64,000 nucleotides of DNA from Patescibacteria group bacterium (GCA_041661385.1 JBAZUP010000002.1:78670-142669); one strand, 5' to 3'. Shown: positions 41,246-51,700, counted from the stretch's first letter. The notes: generated by a model not told the origin, from the letters alone. A program made the numbers and translations.

Positions 41246-42283
41246 CTACCCCCTAAGATCTCGTGATATCTGACTTTTTGATATTCCTGTGAGCATCTCC
41301 ATATCCCTAACAGAGAAGCCCTCCCTTTGTAAGTATTTTAAATCCGTTTTCTTATTCTTTGAATCGATAGATTCGTACAATTTTTTTAGATAGTCGAACT
41401 CATTGTTTGGATCACTAAATGCGAGCGAGGTTTTTATAATATTTTTTAGCTCACCGGGGTATGGCATTTCATCCATTAATGAAATAATTTTTTTAAACAA
41501 TCGCATATTGCGACCTGCAAATTTAAACTTTACTAAAAAATCATTAAGTATTGATTCAGCAACTTCAATTAAGTCGTTTCGACTGTATCTATTGAAGTTA
41601 ATGGTGGAATCGAATCTTCTGACTAATGCTTTATCAAATTTAATATAAAGGTTAGTCGTGGCAATAAGGATGGTACTAGCACTTAGACTGTCTAAACCCT
41701 TTAGCACCGACGATGTTACACGTCCCATTTCCCGTAAGTCGTTGGAATTTATCCTATCAAGAGCAATTGCATCTATTTCGTCAAAAAGTACGATCATCTT
41801 TTCTGGGTGGGGAAGTTCTTTTAGCTCTTTAAAGATAGTAACAATATTTTTTGATGTTTGACCAAGTTTGCTATCAATAACATTTTCAAAATCAACTGCA
41901 AACAACTCCCGCTCAAGTATTCTAGCTACTTGCTTGGCGGTCTCAGTCTTTCCTGTCCCAGGCTCGCCCTCAAACAAAAACTTATTTATTCCCGCGTTAT
42001 GACCTATTGAATTAATAATCCCTAAAATATCATTCTTGATTGGGGTGGGAAGTGGAAGAGCGCCTCCTGACAGACTTATTTTGGTCAAAAAAGGAAAATT
42101 TTGTTCGTTGTCTTGTGGTACGAATGTATTCGTGCCGGATAATAGCGCCATTATATATTCAGCAAGCTGCTGGTCGCCGTTTGCGTCAAAATATCGAGCT
42201 ATACTATAAGCTTCATTTCTAAAAGCCCCATCGTTTTTTTCTGCGTGATATTTTATTAAATTTAATATATTTTTTTTTCGCAT
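41246..42283 (-). CDS. AAA+ ATPase (IetA-like)
   Basis: GEPGTGKT, LFDEIDA, ATTN, DKALVRRFD; directly upstream of the S8 protease. Confidence 0.9.
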   Translation of the reverse strand: MRKKNILNLIKYHAEKNDGAFRNEAYSIARYFDANGDQQLAEYIMALLSGTNTFVPQDNEQNFPFLTKISLSGGALPLPTPIKNDILGIINSIGHNAGINKFLFEGEPGTGKTETAKQVARILERELFAVDFENVIDSKLGQTSKNIVTIFKELKELPHPEKMIVLFDEIDAIALDRINSNDLREMGRVTSSVLKGLDSLSASTILIATTNLYIKFDKALVRRFDSTINFNRYSRNDLIEVAESILNDFLVKFKFAGRNMRLFKKIISLMDEMPYPGELKNIIKTSLAFSDPNNEFDYLKKLYESIDSKNKKTDLKYLQREGFSVRDMEMLTGISKSQISRDLRG

Positions 42284-42536
42284 ATTTTCCTTTTATTTTT
42301 ATTCTAACACACCAGGGACGCATTTACAAGAAAATGGGACACAAACATAAAATCGACTACATTTCGCGAATAAGATAGGGCTTTTGACTTATTGTTTATT
42401 TCGGCGTATAATTATGCGACCACATTTTGGAGAAAGCGGTTTGTTAAGCAAAATATTGTTAATAAACCGAGTTTCCTAAAAAGAAACTCCTTTGTGCAAT
42501 GATGCATGAAGCCGAAACGAAGAAAGGGAAACACCA

Positions 42537-43475
42537 ATGCACCGTTCACTGTTGTTTGTTGTTCTCTTCATCACGGCCGTCGCAGTCGGCTGTGGTCGGC
42601 AGGGTTCGCCGGATGTGGCACAGGACCTTGGTGGCGCAAGCGCCTTCAAGGCTGTGCAGAATCTCAACCCCGGCCTCACCATCTACAAGGCATCCGGAGG
42701 CGAGCTCCGCGGAAGCTATCGCGCCAACAACAGCGCGATCCACTTCCAAGCCTTGCGCGGAGAGAATCTTGTGCTCGGCGTCAACACGGTCGATCCGGAT
42801 GCTCCCGCCTACGCCGTTTCCGTCCGGATCATCGACCAGGAAGGAAACCCTGTTGCGATCGCCATCGGCGATAGCGATGAAAGGATTTCCGCCTGGCAGG
42901 AGAAAGTGGAGGGACTCGGCACGGGTTCCAACCCCGACCTCAGTGAAACCTTCGTGCTCGCGCAGGAGGCCACAGATGTCCTGTCCCAGACCGTGACGAG
43001 CGGATTCGACGAGGAGATCAAGACCTTGAAGCGACGCAGCTTCACAGCTGCACCCGTCGCAAACGCACCCGGCCAGTCGAGCAAGATGCAGGCGCTTTCC
43101 TCGACGTGGAGGTACTGGCTCCGGATGTTCCGGAAGGATGCCAACTTCAACGGCAACTTCGCCGATCACTCCGCCGTCATCGTGAATGTGACCAAGCCAG
43201 ACGGAACGATCCTGAACTACGTCACCTGCAACCACGGTACCTGCGCGGACGATCCGTCCATGCAGTTCCGGTGTCAGAACACGGTCTACCCGGCAAGCCA
43301 GCGTCCGTTCGCGATCTTGCCGTGCGATTCGGTTTCTTCCTATGGCTTCTTCTCGGGCCAACACGTCTGCAACGATGATACTCTGGTGCAAGTCAACATG
43401 GTCGTGTACGGCAATAGCAGTCTCACGACCTGCACCGACTCGTCGTTGCGCCTCTGGGCACCTTCTTGCAGCTAG
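42537..43475 (+). CDS. GC-rich putative lipoprotein with Cys-rich C-terminal domain
   Basis: AVGC lipobox; AAGGGA upstream; TCNHGTCA..HVCNDDT..WAPSC; followed by a gatgtcggcgctcgc hairpin. Confidence 0.75.
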   Translation: MHRSLLFVVLFITAVAVGCGRQGSPDVAQDLGGASAFKAVQNLNPGLTIYKASGGELRGSYRANNSAIHFQALRGENLVLGVNTVDPDAPAYAVSVRIIDQEGNPVAIAIGDSDERISAWQEKVEGLGTGSNPDLSETFVLAQEATDVLSQTVTSGFDEEIKTLKRRSFTAAPVANAPGQSSKMQALSSTWRYWLRMFRKDANFNGNFADHSAVIVNVTKPDGTILNYVTCNHGTCADDPSMQFRCQNTVYPASQRPFAILPCDSVSSYGFFSGQHVCNDDTLVQVNMVVYGNSSLTTCTDSSLRLWAPSCS

Positions 43476-43609
43476 CAAGTCGGCCTAACCAGTAGGCGAT
43501 CACAAAGGATGTCGGCGCTCGCTCCTCGCGAGCGCCGACATCGCAACTTTTACACATATTTGTTATAATACCCACATATTTATAATAATACTTATTTATA
43601 ATAATACTT

Positions 43610-44047
43610 ATGAAAAATATTATATTATCTCCAGTGCCCTTTAAAAAAATAATTACTATTTTTTTTGCTGGCTTAGTTGGTGCCTTGATATTTGGCTTAC
43701 TATTTGGTTTGGTCGGTTTATTGTTTGCCAACAATCTCGGGTTTAAGGTCGCTATTGGTTCAGAAGAATTAACTATGGGAGCAAGCGCGATATTTTACTG
43801 TCTTCTTAGTACGCCTTTTGGCGCAATGTTTGGTGTTTGGATTGCCTCTAAGATGGCAGGTTATAAATCTAATTATTTGTATTATTTTTTAACGACTTTA
43901 TTTTTAGTTGTTATTGGTCTATTTTTTAGAGACTATTTTAATTTGTTTGCATTTGTGGCATATGCCGCTGTCTGTTCAATTACCCTAACAGCTGTAATTA
44001 ATTATTTTGCTAAAATTAAATCGCAAAATGTATCTACTCAGAAGTAA
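43610..44047 (+). CDS. Four-TM membrane protein
   Basis: Hydrophobic ORF inside the island. Confidence 0.6.
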   Translation: MKNIILSPVPFKKIITIFFAGLVGALIFGLLFGLVGLLFANNLGFKVAIGSEELTMGASAIFYCLLSTPFGAMFGVWIASKMAGYKSNYLYYFLTTLFLVVIGLFFRDYFNLFAFVAYAAVCSITLTAVINYFAKIKSQNVSTQK

Positions 44048-44188
44048 TAATTTTGTAAGTCTAGTTAAAGGAAAAACTTGAAATCGTCAAAAAGCGCGCC
44101 GGTGGGCGGGCGGAATTCCTCCCCAAACCCCTCCTTCCGCTCGCCCTATTCCGTAAATTCCGTTCGTATTCTTTCGTACATTCCGAGC

Positions 44189-44230
44189 AAATACAAAAAA
44201 GCACCCTAAAATGGGTGTTTTTTTGTATTT
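44189..44230 (+). terminator. Intrinsic terminator, probably the pre-integration terminator of tRNA-Asn
   Basis: aaatacaaaaaagcaccc..gggtgttttttgtattt immediately after the right GAGC core. Confidence 0.7.
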
Positions 44231-44243
44231 TGTTTTGCGTCTG

Positions 44244-44371
44244 GATTCGAACGGAAGATGGTAATAAACGAAGTTTCTTACTTGCCGAGGAAAGTCCACG
44301 AAAACCCGAAGGTTGTCGTGAGAGAGAACGAAGTGAGCGCATTCGAATAGCCAAGCGCCTAGTCCCGGAGC
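44244..44371 (+). repeat. tRNA-linked structured element, Asn copy, ending in a duplicate of the tRNA-Asn 3' end
   Basis: Starts GGATTCGAAC; core TTGCCGAGGAAAGTCCACGAAAACCCGAAGGTT; ends CCTAGTCCCGGAGC. Confidence 0.85.
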
Positions 44372-44479
44372 ATAATAAATAAGCACACCATAATGGTGTG
44401 CTTATTTATTATGATTCAAAGGTTGGATTCGTTTTATTTTATAATATTGCTATAATTAACGTATAATGAAAGTCAAATT

Positions 44480-44650
44480 ATGAAAAAATACCATAGACGA
44501 ATACTATATTCTATTTTCGCAATAGTATTTGGTGTGTTTATGTTTATATATGGTGGGTACGATGACAGTCCGGGTGGGCAAGGATTGGGGCTATTACTAA
44601 TTATTATTGGTATTGTTGGATTAGTAAAAAACAAAAAAATATCTTCGTAA
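44480..44650 (+). CDS. Small two-TM protein with GGYDDSPGG loop
   Basis: 56-aa ORF MKKYHRR..YGGYDDSPGGQGLGLLLIIIG. Confidence 0.7.
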   Translation: MKKYHRRILYSIFAIVFGVFMFIYGGYDDSPGGQGLGLLLIIIGIVGLVKNKKISS

Positions 44651-44759
44651 AGCTAGTAAAATGAGCACGTTTGAATAGTGAAGCGTCTAGTCCTGGGGCT
44701 AATAAAAATATTGACAAAGTGCTAATTTAGTGCTATTTATAAGACAAGGAGGCAAAATC

Positions 44760-44960
44760 ATGGATTTTTCCTGGGAAACCAAATCATCGCCGGTCATTTT
44801 GCTGGCGGTAGCAATTCTCGGACCTGTAATCTTGTTAGGGTTCGTGATCATCGGACCAATTCATCTGGTTCTTCGCATGTTCGGGAGGCGCGGTTTCTAC
44901 ACCTTGAAGAACGGAGTAACCCATACCTGGTCCCTCGAGGGCGCCCTCGAACCGCGATGA
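44760..44960 (+). CDS. Small membrane protein
   Basis: ATG after AGGAGG; TTGACA upstream; gagctcg..cgagctc hairpin downstream. Confidence 0.6.
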   Translation: MDFSWETKSSPVILLAVAILGPVILLGFVIIGPIHLVLRMFGRRGFYTLKNGVTHTWSLEGALEPR

Positions 44961-45079
44961 AGTTTCTCCATTTGAGCTCGTTTCGACCATCGTGTCGGAG
45001 CGAGCTCTTCTATTAATAATTACCTTTCTTAATTACAATGAGGTATAATTATTTAAACTAAATTTAAATTATAATTTAT

Positions 45080-45451
45080 ATGGAAATTACAATTTTTTTA
45101 GCAAAATTTTGGGGGAGCCTTTTTATGATCCTAGGCGTCATGTCTATTGGTGCAAAATTGTTGGGAAGAATTATAGAGTATACAGAAGAAAGAGCTGTTA
45201 CTGTATCGACGGGTTATATTACTTTTTTGTTGGGACTTGCTACCGTTGTCGCTCATAATGTTTGGGTGATGGACTCGCGGGTTGCTATTACAATTTTGGG
45301 CTGGGTTACTTTATTCAAAGGAATTGAAAAAATTGGATTTCCTGATCGTGTTAATAAAAAAGCCCAAATTTTTAAGGGGAATCAAATGCTCTGGGGTGGA
45401 GTTATATTCCTAATTGGCGTTTTCTTTTTCTGGATGAGTTTTAGCTATTAA
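45080..45451 (+). CDS. Four-TM membrane protein
   Basis: LGLATVVAHNVW..ITILGW..KG..FP pattern. Confidence 0.7.
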   Translation: MEITIFLAKFWGSLFMILGVMSIGAKLLGRIIEYTEERAVTVSTGYITFLLGLATVVAHNVWVMDSRVAITILGWVTLFKGIEKIGFPDRVNKKAQIFKGNQMLWGGVIFLIGVFFFWMSFSY

Positions 45452-45470
45452 TTTTTTAAGCATATTTATT

Positions 45471-45860
45471 ATGGAAAAAACCGCCAGAAAACTTGCTATA
45501 TTGAATATCGTGATAATTTTAATTCTGACCGTGCTAGAATTTCCTGCTCCGATTGGTTTTGAAGTTCGTCCTCAGAATAACGTGTCGATTTATTGGCTGA
45601 TATCTTTTCTCACAATTTTGCTTTCAGAAATAACTGCTATTTTTCTTCTTTTTAAAAGAAAAATTTTGGGAGCAAGATTGGCAATCTTGGCTGGGGTATT
45701 AAATATTTTTCAAATCATTGCTGACCAGGCTCATTTAATGCAGCCAGAAATAGCCCCGCTCGGATATCTTATACTCGAGGATTCTGTGGGGGTTTTTTCG
45801 ATTATATTAATATTTCTCTCGCTAAGAATTTTAAAACCAAACAAGCTTGAATCTGTATAA
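45471..45860 (+). CDS. Four-TM membrane protein
   Basis: Hydrophobic ORF; PIGFEVRP..ADQAHL. Confidence 0.65.
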   Translation: MEKTARKLAILNIVIILILTVLEFPAPIGFEVRPQNNVSIYWLISFLTILLSEITAIFLLFKRKILGARLAILAGVLNIFQIIADQAHLMQPEIAPLGYLILEDSVGVFSIILIFLSLRILKPNKLESV

Positions 45861-45948
45861 GGATGTAAAATAACAAAAAGCAACTTAATATGGAGTTGTT
45901 TTTTTTCGGTCAGTATTGTAAACTTCTAATGTTTTAATACTATATTAT

Positions 45949-46299
45949 ATGAGTGAACACGGTGGCGGACATGGTGGTGGGCATGCCGCTGAACACGGTG
46001 GCGGACATGAAAAAAAAGCCAAAGCGCATGGTGGTGGCGGACATGGTGGTGGGGGAGGAGCTGAAAGGAAAGAGCTTGCAATTATAGCGGGTCTAACTAT
46101 AGCGGGACCGGAATACGCGAGTAGTATTTTTAAATCTATGGGTTCTGCCTTTGACGTTGCTACTATCTTTCCAGCCAAACACGCTCTAGGAATTGCGGCA
46201 GGGTCAGCATCGGGAGTAGATTCAATTTCTACCGGTGGCATTATTACCGTGGGTCTCATTCTTTGGGATGCGTTTGGCGACGTATTATCGGCTATTTAG
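45949..46299 (+). CDS. Protein with His/Gly-repeat N-terminus and hydrophobic C-half
   Basis: EHGGGHGGGH..EHGGGH..HGGGGHGGGGG. Confidence 0.65.
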   Translation: MSEHGGGHGGGHAAEHGGGHEKKAKAHGGGGHGGGGGAERKELAIIAGLTIAGPEYASSIFKSMGSAFDVATIFPAKHALGIAAGSASGVDSISTGGIITVGLILWDAFGDVLSAI

Positions 46300-46302
46300 A
46301 AT

Positions 46303-46530
46303 ATGCAAAAAACTTTGAAAGAAAAATTTGTTGAACTGGTGAATAATAAATTTTCGGAGGAAGCATGTTTTAATTTTTTTGGTAATCTGAATGAAAATGA
46401 AATAAAATTAATGCTGGAAAATTTGTCCAAAGAAAACCCTTCATTAAATGCAGAGCAGAGGAATTTTTTACAAACCTATTTAGAAAAACTGCTTGAGAAA
46501 ATTGAGGAAATAAAAAAACAAACCCAATGA
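46303..46530 (+). CDS. Small helical hypothetical protein
   Basis: Starts 3 nt after the previous stop. Confidence 0.55.
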   Translation: MQKTLKEKFVELVNNKFSEEACFNFFGNLNENEIKLMLENLSKENPSLNAEQRNFLQTYLEKLLEKIEEIKKQTQ

Positions 46531-46544
46531 GGTTTGTTTAATTT

Positions 46545-47498
46545 TTAAGCGGTAAGAATTTTGCCCAGCACTTCTTCTAACGTGCCGTCGACTGTAAAGC
46601 CAGCGGCTTTTTTATGTCCACCGCCATTAAATTTTTTGGCGATGGCCGATACATCAACATCATTTTTTGTGGTGCGCAGGCTGCCTTTTATTTTTCCATC
46701 GGCGGTTTCGCTAAGGAGCAGAGTAATTGAAGTATTTTCTAAATTATTCAGGAAGTTGGAAATGCCTTCATATTCGCTTTCCGAAACACCCAGTTCTTTG
46801 ATATCGGCTTGAGTCACATATGTATGAGTAAGATTAAGCCGTTCATCTTTGGTCAGGCGGCTAAAAGCTTTACCCCAGAGCCGTAGTGAACCGATGGATT
46901 TATTTTTTAGGGTGTTTGAAGTTATTAAATTAAAGTTGCCTCCCGCTAAAATGAGTTCACCGCCGGCACGCAAGGCGTCACCTGTGGTCGCGGCGTTGGT
47001 GAAGTTGCTCGTGTCGGTTGAAAGACCGGTTAGAAGACTGGTCGCCATTTTTTGAGAAATGCGAATGCTGTTATGCCGAAAAAAGCGAAATAATATTTCG
47101 GTGGTCGAGGCGGCGGTTGGAATTACCAGATTAATGTCGCCGTAATTTTCATTGGAGGCGTGATGATCAATATTAATAATGGTGGCGCGATGTCCTTTTA
47201 CAAGTTCGGCGATGCCGGAATATCGCAAGTCGCCGGAGTCGAGCGTAACAATAGTATCAATGCTTGGGTCCTTAAAAATTGCCGGGTCAGAATAGATCGG
47301 AGCGGAATGATGTACGAAACTAAGTTTTGGATTGGGCGGAGTAACGCAAAAAATTTGTGCCTCGCGGCCAAGACTTCGCGCATATTCATGAAAGGCCGCC
47401 GCCGAACCAATGGCATCGCCGTCGGGATTTTGGTGGGGCACAATCAGGATTTTATGAGCTTTTTGAATGTGTTTATGAATTACCGTTGCTGCATGCAT
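46545..47498 (-). CDS. nrnA: DHH-family oligoribonuclease/pAp phosphatase (NrnA-like)
   Basis: HQNPDGDAIGS, NIDHH, TDT, SLRT, GGGHKKAAG. Confidence 0.92.
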   Translation of the reverse strand: MHAATVIHKHIQKAHKILIVPHQNPDGDAIGSAAAFHEYARSLGREAQIFCVTPPNPKLSFVHHSAPIYSDPAIFKDPSIDTIVTLDSGDLRYSGIAELVKGHRATIINIDHHASNENYGDINLVIPTAASTTEILFRFFRHNSIRISQKMATSLLTGLSTDTSNFTNAATTGDALRAGGELILAGGNFNLITSNTLKNKSIGSLRLWGKAFSRLTKDERLNLTHTYVTQADIKELGVSESEYEGISNFLNNLENTSITLLLSETADGKIKGSLRTTKNDVDVSAIAKKFNGGGHKKAAGFTVDGTLEEVLGKILTA

Positions 47499-47670
47499 AT
47501 CAATAAAACGACTGTTTTTTGGCTTTAATTAGTTAAAAGTAATTAGAGATTATAGCTCTCTTGTCGCAATTTGTCAAGGTGCGGGGCAGGAATTAATTTG
47601 TTGTTACTAAATTATTAAGATTTATTTAATATAAAAAAACTCCGAGGTGACCCGGAGTTGAAATTGATAT

Positions 47671-48327
47671 TTAAAACAAGGTATTTATTGTTGGTGCCGA
47701 GGGTTTTGATTTTTTTCCAATGAGTTTGGAAGGGGGAGTGTTGGGGTGGGCTGTTAAGTATTTTTTAATTAAATTGTATCCAATAATGTAACCAGTAAAT
47801 CTAGGAATATTTCTTTTTTTTGAGCCATGAAACCACTCGTCATAATCGTATTGGCGAGAAAAAAAATGTTTTTTCGCTTTTTTAACTAATATATTTAGTG
47901 AATTTCCTTTGGAGTAGCGATAGTGAGGTTGTGGCTGATTGCCAGTTACCTCTGTTTCAAAATGGATTGCTAGACCTTCGTCAATCATGTCTTCAATTAA
48001 ATTCTTTGGATAACCAATTTTTTGGTTTCTTGCCGAGTGGAAAAGTTCGTGTGCTAAGGTTTTTGCTAGCTCAGAGCGAAGATTTTTCTTAAAATATTTA
48101 TGAGTAACATTTAATGCGATGTTTATTTTATGCTGATGTTCAGATTGACCGCTTATTATTCCAAAAGAAATATTTCCAGGGCTATGCATTAAAATAATAT
48201 CGATATTAGTAATCGGTATTAGTTTGGAGATTTTTTTAATTATTTCAGCCGCTGTTTTTTTTATTGCTTGTGCCTGACTTGTTAATGCTGGATTTCCATC
48301 CAGGATGTGAATTTTTACATTTTTCAT
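47671..48327 (-). CDS. DUF2268-like putative Zn-dependent protease
   Basis: AHELFH, EGLAIHF, WFHG..P..GYIIGY. Confidence 0.8.
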   Translation of the reverse strand: MKNVKIHILDGNPALTSQAQAIKKTAAEIIKKISKLIPITNIDIILMHSPGNISFGIISGQSEHQHKINIALNVTHKYFKKNLRSELAKTLAHELFHSARNQKIGYPKNLIEDMIDEGLAIHFETEVTGNQPQPHYRYSKGNSLNILVKKAKKHFFSRQYDYDEWFHGSKKRNIPRFTGYIIGYNLIKKYLTAHPNTPPSKLIGKKSKPSAPTINTLF

Positions 48328-48414
48328 ATTAAATATTATGCGGTCGGTAGGTGCGACTACCGACCGGTTTGTCCACTTTTGATCTCACTCGCACGTAATG
48401 TTGGCCGCGGTTGC

Positions 48415-48579
48415 TTAGAATATGCGGAAAACGTTCTTGCGCTCCCTGTTGCGATTGGAGTTCGTCTTCTTGCCCATGTCGATCCAGGACGAGTTCTTCT
48501 TCGCCGAGTTGCTCGGCTTCTTCTCGTGCTTGTCGCGATTCTTCTTGTAGTTGCCGGTGTTTTGGTTCCCGTGCGCCAT
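48415..48579 (-). CDS. Small very basic GC-rich protein (54 aa), not in the ORF track
   Basis: AGGAGG 5 nt before ATG; MAHGNQNTGNYKKNRDKHEKK..RKNVFRIF*; hairpin downstream. Confidence 0.65.
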   Translation of the reverse strand: MAHGNQNTGNYKKNRDKHEKKPSNSAKKNSSWIDMGKKTNSNRNRERKNVFRIF

Positions 48580-48735
48580 TACAACCTCCTTGTTAATCCG
48601 TCAATTATTTGACGGAGTTACTGTAACGTTAGCAAAAAATGATCAAAAGGTCAATTATCGCATGAGTCACTTTTCATAAAGAAAAGGTCGTGATATAATA
48701 ATTTCGTGCAATTTTTGAATTGATGTAGTGGAAAC

Positions 48736-51700
48736 ATGTATCTTAAGCGTTTAGAAATACAGGGTTTTAAATCTTTCGCTAATAAAACCACCTTAGACTT
48801 TTTGCCTCCCAAAGATGGCGTTTTTAGTTTGACATCGATTGTCGGACCAAACGGCTCCGGCAAATCAAACGTGACTGACGCAATTCGCTGGGTAATGGGG
48901 GAGACAAGTATGAAAAATGTCCGCGCTAAAAAAAGCGAGGATGTTATTTTTAATGGTTCAGAAAATAAAGGTGCGATGGGGTCGGCGGAAGTTTCCATGA
49001 CGCTCGATAATAAAGATAATGATTTTAATGACGAAGTGCTGCAAAATTATCCGGAAATCACAATTACGAGACGTTTGTATCGAACCGGTGAAAGTGAATA
49101 TTTGGTGAATAATATGCCGTCTCGGCTTATTGATATTCATTTGCTGCTTGCACGCGCCCGCTTCGCTCAGCATGCCTACAGTATCGTTGGTCAAGGCATG
49201 ATTGACCGGCTACTCACGGTTACACCGGCGGAACGCAAAGATTTTTTTGATGAAGCCTGCGGAATTAAAGAACAACAAATTAAACAACATCAGGCGCAGC
49301 TGAAACTAGTTCGCACTGAAGAAAATATTAAACAAGCCGAGACTTTGCTTGCGGAAGTTGAGCCGCGTTTGAATCTGCTCCGCCGGCAAGTTCGTAAATT
49401 GGAAAAACGACAAGAAGTAGAACAAGAGTTGACGGCCGCGCAGGAAAGATATTACTCGATTTTGTTTAGCCGCAGTAAAAAAGAAATGGATGAAGTAAAA
49501 TTAAAACTTCAAACTTTGAATACCTCATATCGCGCCGGATTTTCCGATTTGGAAAAAACCCAAGGCGAACTCGCCGAACTCGCGCGCGGTTCTTCACGTC
49601 AGCAAGTTTTTGAATCTTTGCAAAATAAATATCAGGAAGTGGTAAAAGAAAAAAATGAGCTGGAAAGGCAACTCGTTATTTTGGAAGGTCAAATGCAGAC
49701 CAAATATAGCGAAGCTGGCGCGCACAATGTGGGCTGGATAGAAAATAAGGTTAGTGAACTGTCTTTGAATATTTCCGGAGTAAAAGGGAGGCTGGAAGAG
49801 GCGAGAGCTGAGGCGGATCGCAATGCAAAAATGGCCAGTGAACAAAAAAAGCAGCTTGAAAATATTAGCATTGAACAAACTCAGCAACGGCTTAAAATTT
49901 CCCGGTTGCAGACCCAGCTTCTTAGTAATCAATCGGAACAAAGTTATCGCGATATCGTCGGTCTTACAGCAGTAAAAGCAGTTCTTGAAAATCGTAAGAA
50001 ATTTGGCAAGGTGCACGGTCTCGTTGCTGAACTCGCCGAAGTAGACGAGGAATATAGGCTCGCCCTCGAAGTTGCGAGTGGCGCTCATTTATCTTCGATT
50101 GTGGTAGAAGATGAAATAGTCGCGAGAGAAGCGATAAATTTTTTGCGTGAAAATAAATATGGCGTGGCTACTTTTTTGCCCCACACCAGAGTTCGCGCCC
50201 GCCAAAGCTATACTGAAACCGAAAGCTTGCTTCGCGAAGAAGGGGTGCTTGGCAAAGCGATAAATCTTATCCGATTTGATTCGAAGTTTGATAATATTTT
50301 TTCAATGATCCTCGGCGATACGATTGTTGTTAAAAATCTCCGCGTGGCAGAGCGACTTGGTATTGGCCGCGCGCGCATGGTCACGCTCGATGGCGATTTG
50401 GTTGAGCAGCGCGGTATTATGCGTGGTGGTTATCGAAATCGGCGCGGTAATATAACTTTTTCCGCTAAACTGACTCTTAGTAATGATGAACAGATGCAGG
50501 AAATGCAATCTGCTCTTACCCTTGAAACAAATAATTTAGTCGAACTCGAAAGAAAAATGGAAAGCACTAAATCAAAAATGGTGGATTTTTCTATTTTGGA
50601 ACGTTCTTCAACTGAAAAAGTTCGAATGATTGAAAGTGAACTGACTAATGATGAAAAAGAAGTGGCGACTTTAAAACGAGAACTATCATTATTCCAAAGC
50701 GGTCCTGAAGAGTACAGCCAGCACCTGAAGGGCATGGCGGAAGAAAAAGAAAAAGTTTTGAAAAAAATTCTTGCTGCTGACAAAATTGTAGTCGCGGCGA
50801 GCGGTGATATTGAAAAGTTTAATCGTGAGGAAGAAGAAAAGAAGCAGCGAGTATTTGCATTGCAAGGGCAGATGCAAAAGGAGCAGGAAAAAGTAAATCA
50901 AATCTTAAATGAACGTAATGACCTGAGCGTGCAAATGGCCAAACTGGAAACTCACCTGGAAGATTTATCTCAAGAAGTGATGAACGAAATGAAAGTATCG
51001 CTTGAATCAGTGGTAAGCCGCGTGCCGACCCCGGTTGCAGACGCGGCGCAATTGGATGTTTTGGCCGGTGATATTCAAAAATTAAAATACCAACTCAGTT
51101 TAATTGGCGGAATTGATGAAGAGGTAGTAAAGGAATATGGAGAAACCAAAGAAAGATATGAATTTTTGGATGGCCAACTTACCGATCTGCGCTCCGCAAT
51201 GGAAGACCTCCAAACGATGATTGAAGAACTTGATGCGCTCATGAAAAAGAAACGAGCGGTTGCGTTTAAAAAAATTCGGCATGATTTTGATCGATATTTT
51301 CAGATTTTATTTGGTGGCGGTAAAGCCAATTTAGAAGAAATATATGGTGAACCGCCGGTAGAAATCGAAGAAGTGATTGGTGCGGAGGTAAGTGGTGTCG
51401 CGCTTGTGCAGCAGAATGAAGCGGCTGAAGAAGAAAAAGAAGTTAAGAAAAAGAAAAATGAAAAAGTTTTAACCGGTATTGAAGTAATGGCTAATCCGCC
51501 CGGAAAAAAAGTTCGTTATCTTAGTATGCTTTCTGGTGGTGAAAGAACCCTTACTTCCATTGCACTTATTTGCGCGATTTTGTTCAACAATCCTTCGCCG
51601 TTTGTGGTGCTCGACGAAGTTGAAGCGGCGCTTGATGAAGCTAACACGCTTCGCTTTGTAAAAATCATGTCTGAACTTTCTCATCATTCACAATTTATCA

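Larger units (their letters stand above)
37187..44188. mobile_element. Integrative element inserted at the tRNA-Asn 3' end (GAGC core at 37187-90 and 44185-88)
   Basis: Large serine recombinase abuts the tRNA; both ends match the two halves of an internal attP-like junction; terminator-like hairpin right after the right end; defence-type cargo. Confidence 0.82.

Noticed and set aside
42546-43478. Long antisense or alternative-frame ORFs (also 11475-12131 and those inside the giant gene and smc)
   Set aside because: Expected from GC-rich codon bias on the real coding strand; no RBS or recognisable motifs.
37187-44188. Repeats as a DGR template/variable pair or a CRISPR array
   Set aside because: Repeats are inverted and near-identical without adenine-specific changes; no reverse transcriptase, cas genes or regular repeat-spacer pattern in the window.
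44287-44297. GAGGAAAGTCC (also ~60176) resembles the conserved 5' motif of RNase P RNA
   Set aside because: No matching 3' P4 strand is visible, the element is far too short, it is multicopy, and the Val copy alters the motif.
44358-44371. tRNA 3' duplicate as attR of the recombinase island
   Set aside because: The internal attP-like junction places the crossover at GAGC 44185-88; the 44358 copy belongs to the tRNA-linked element also seen at Val and Ile.
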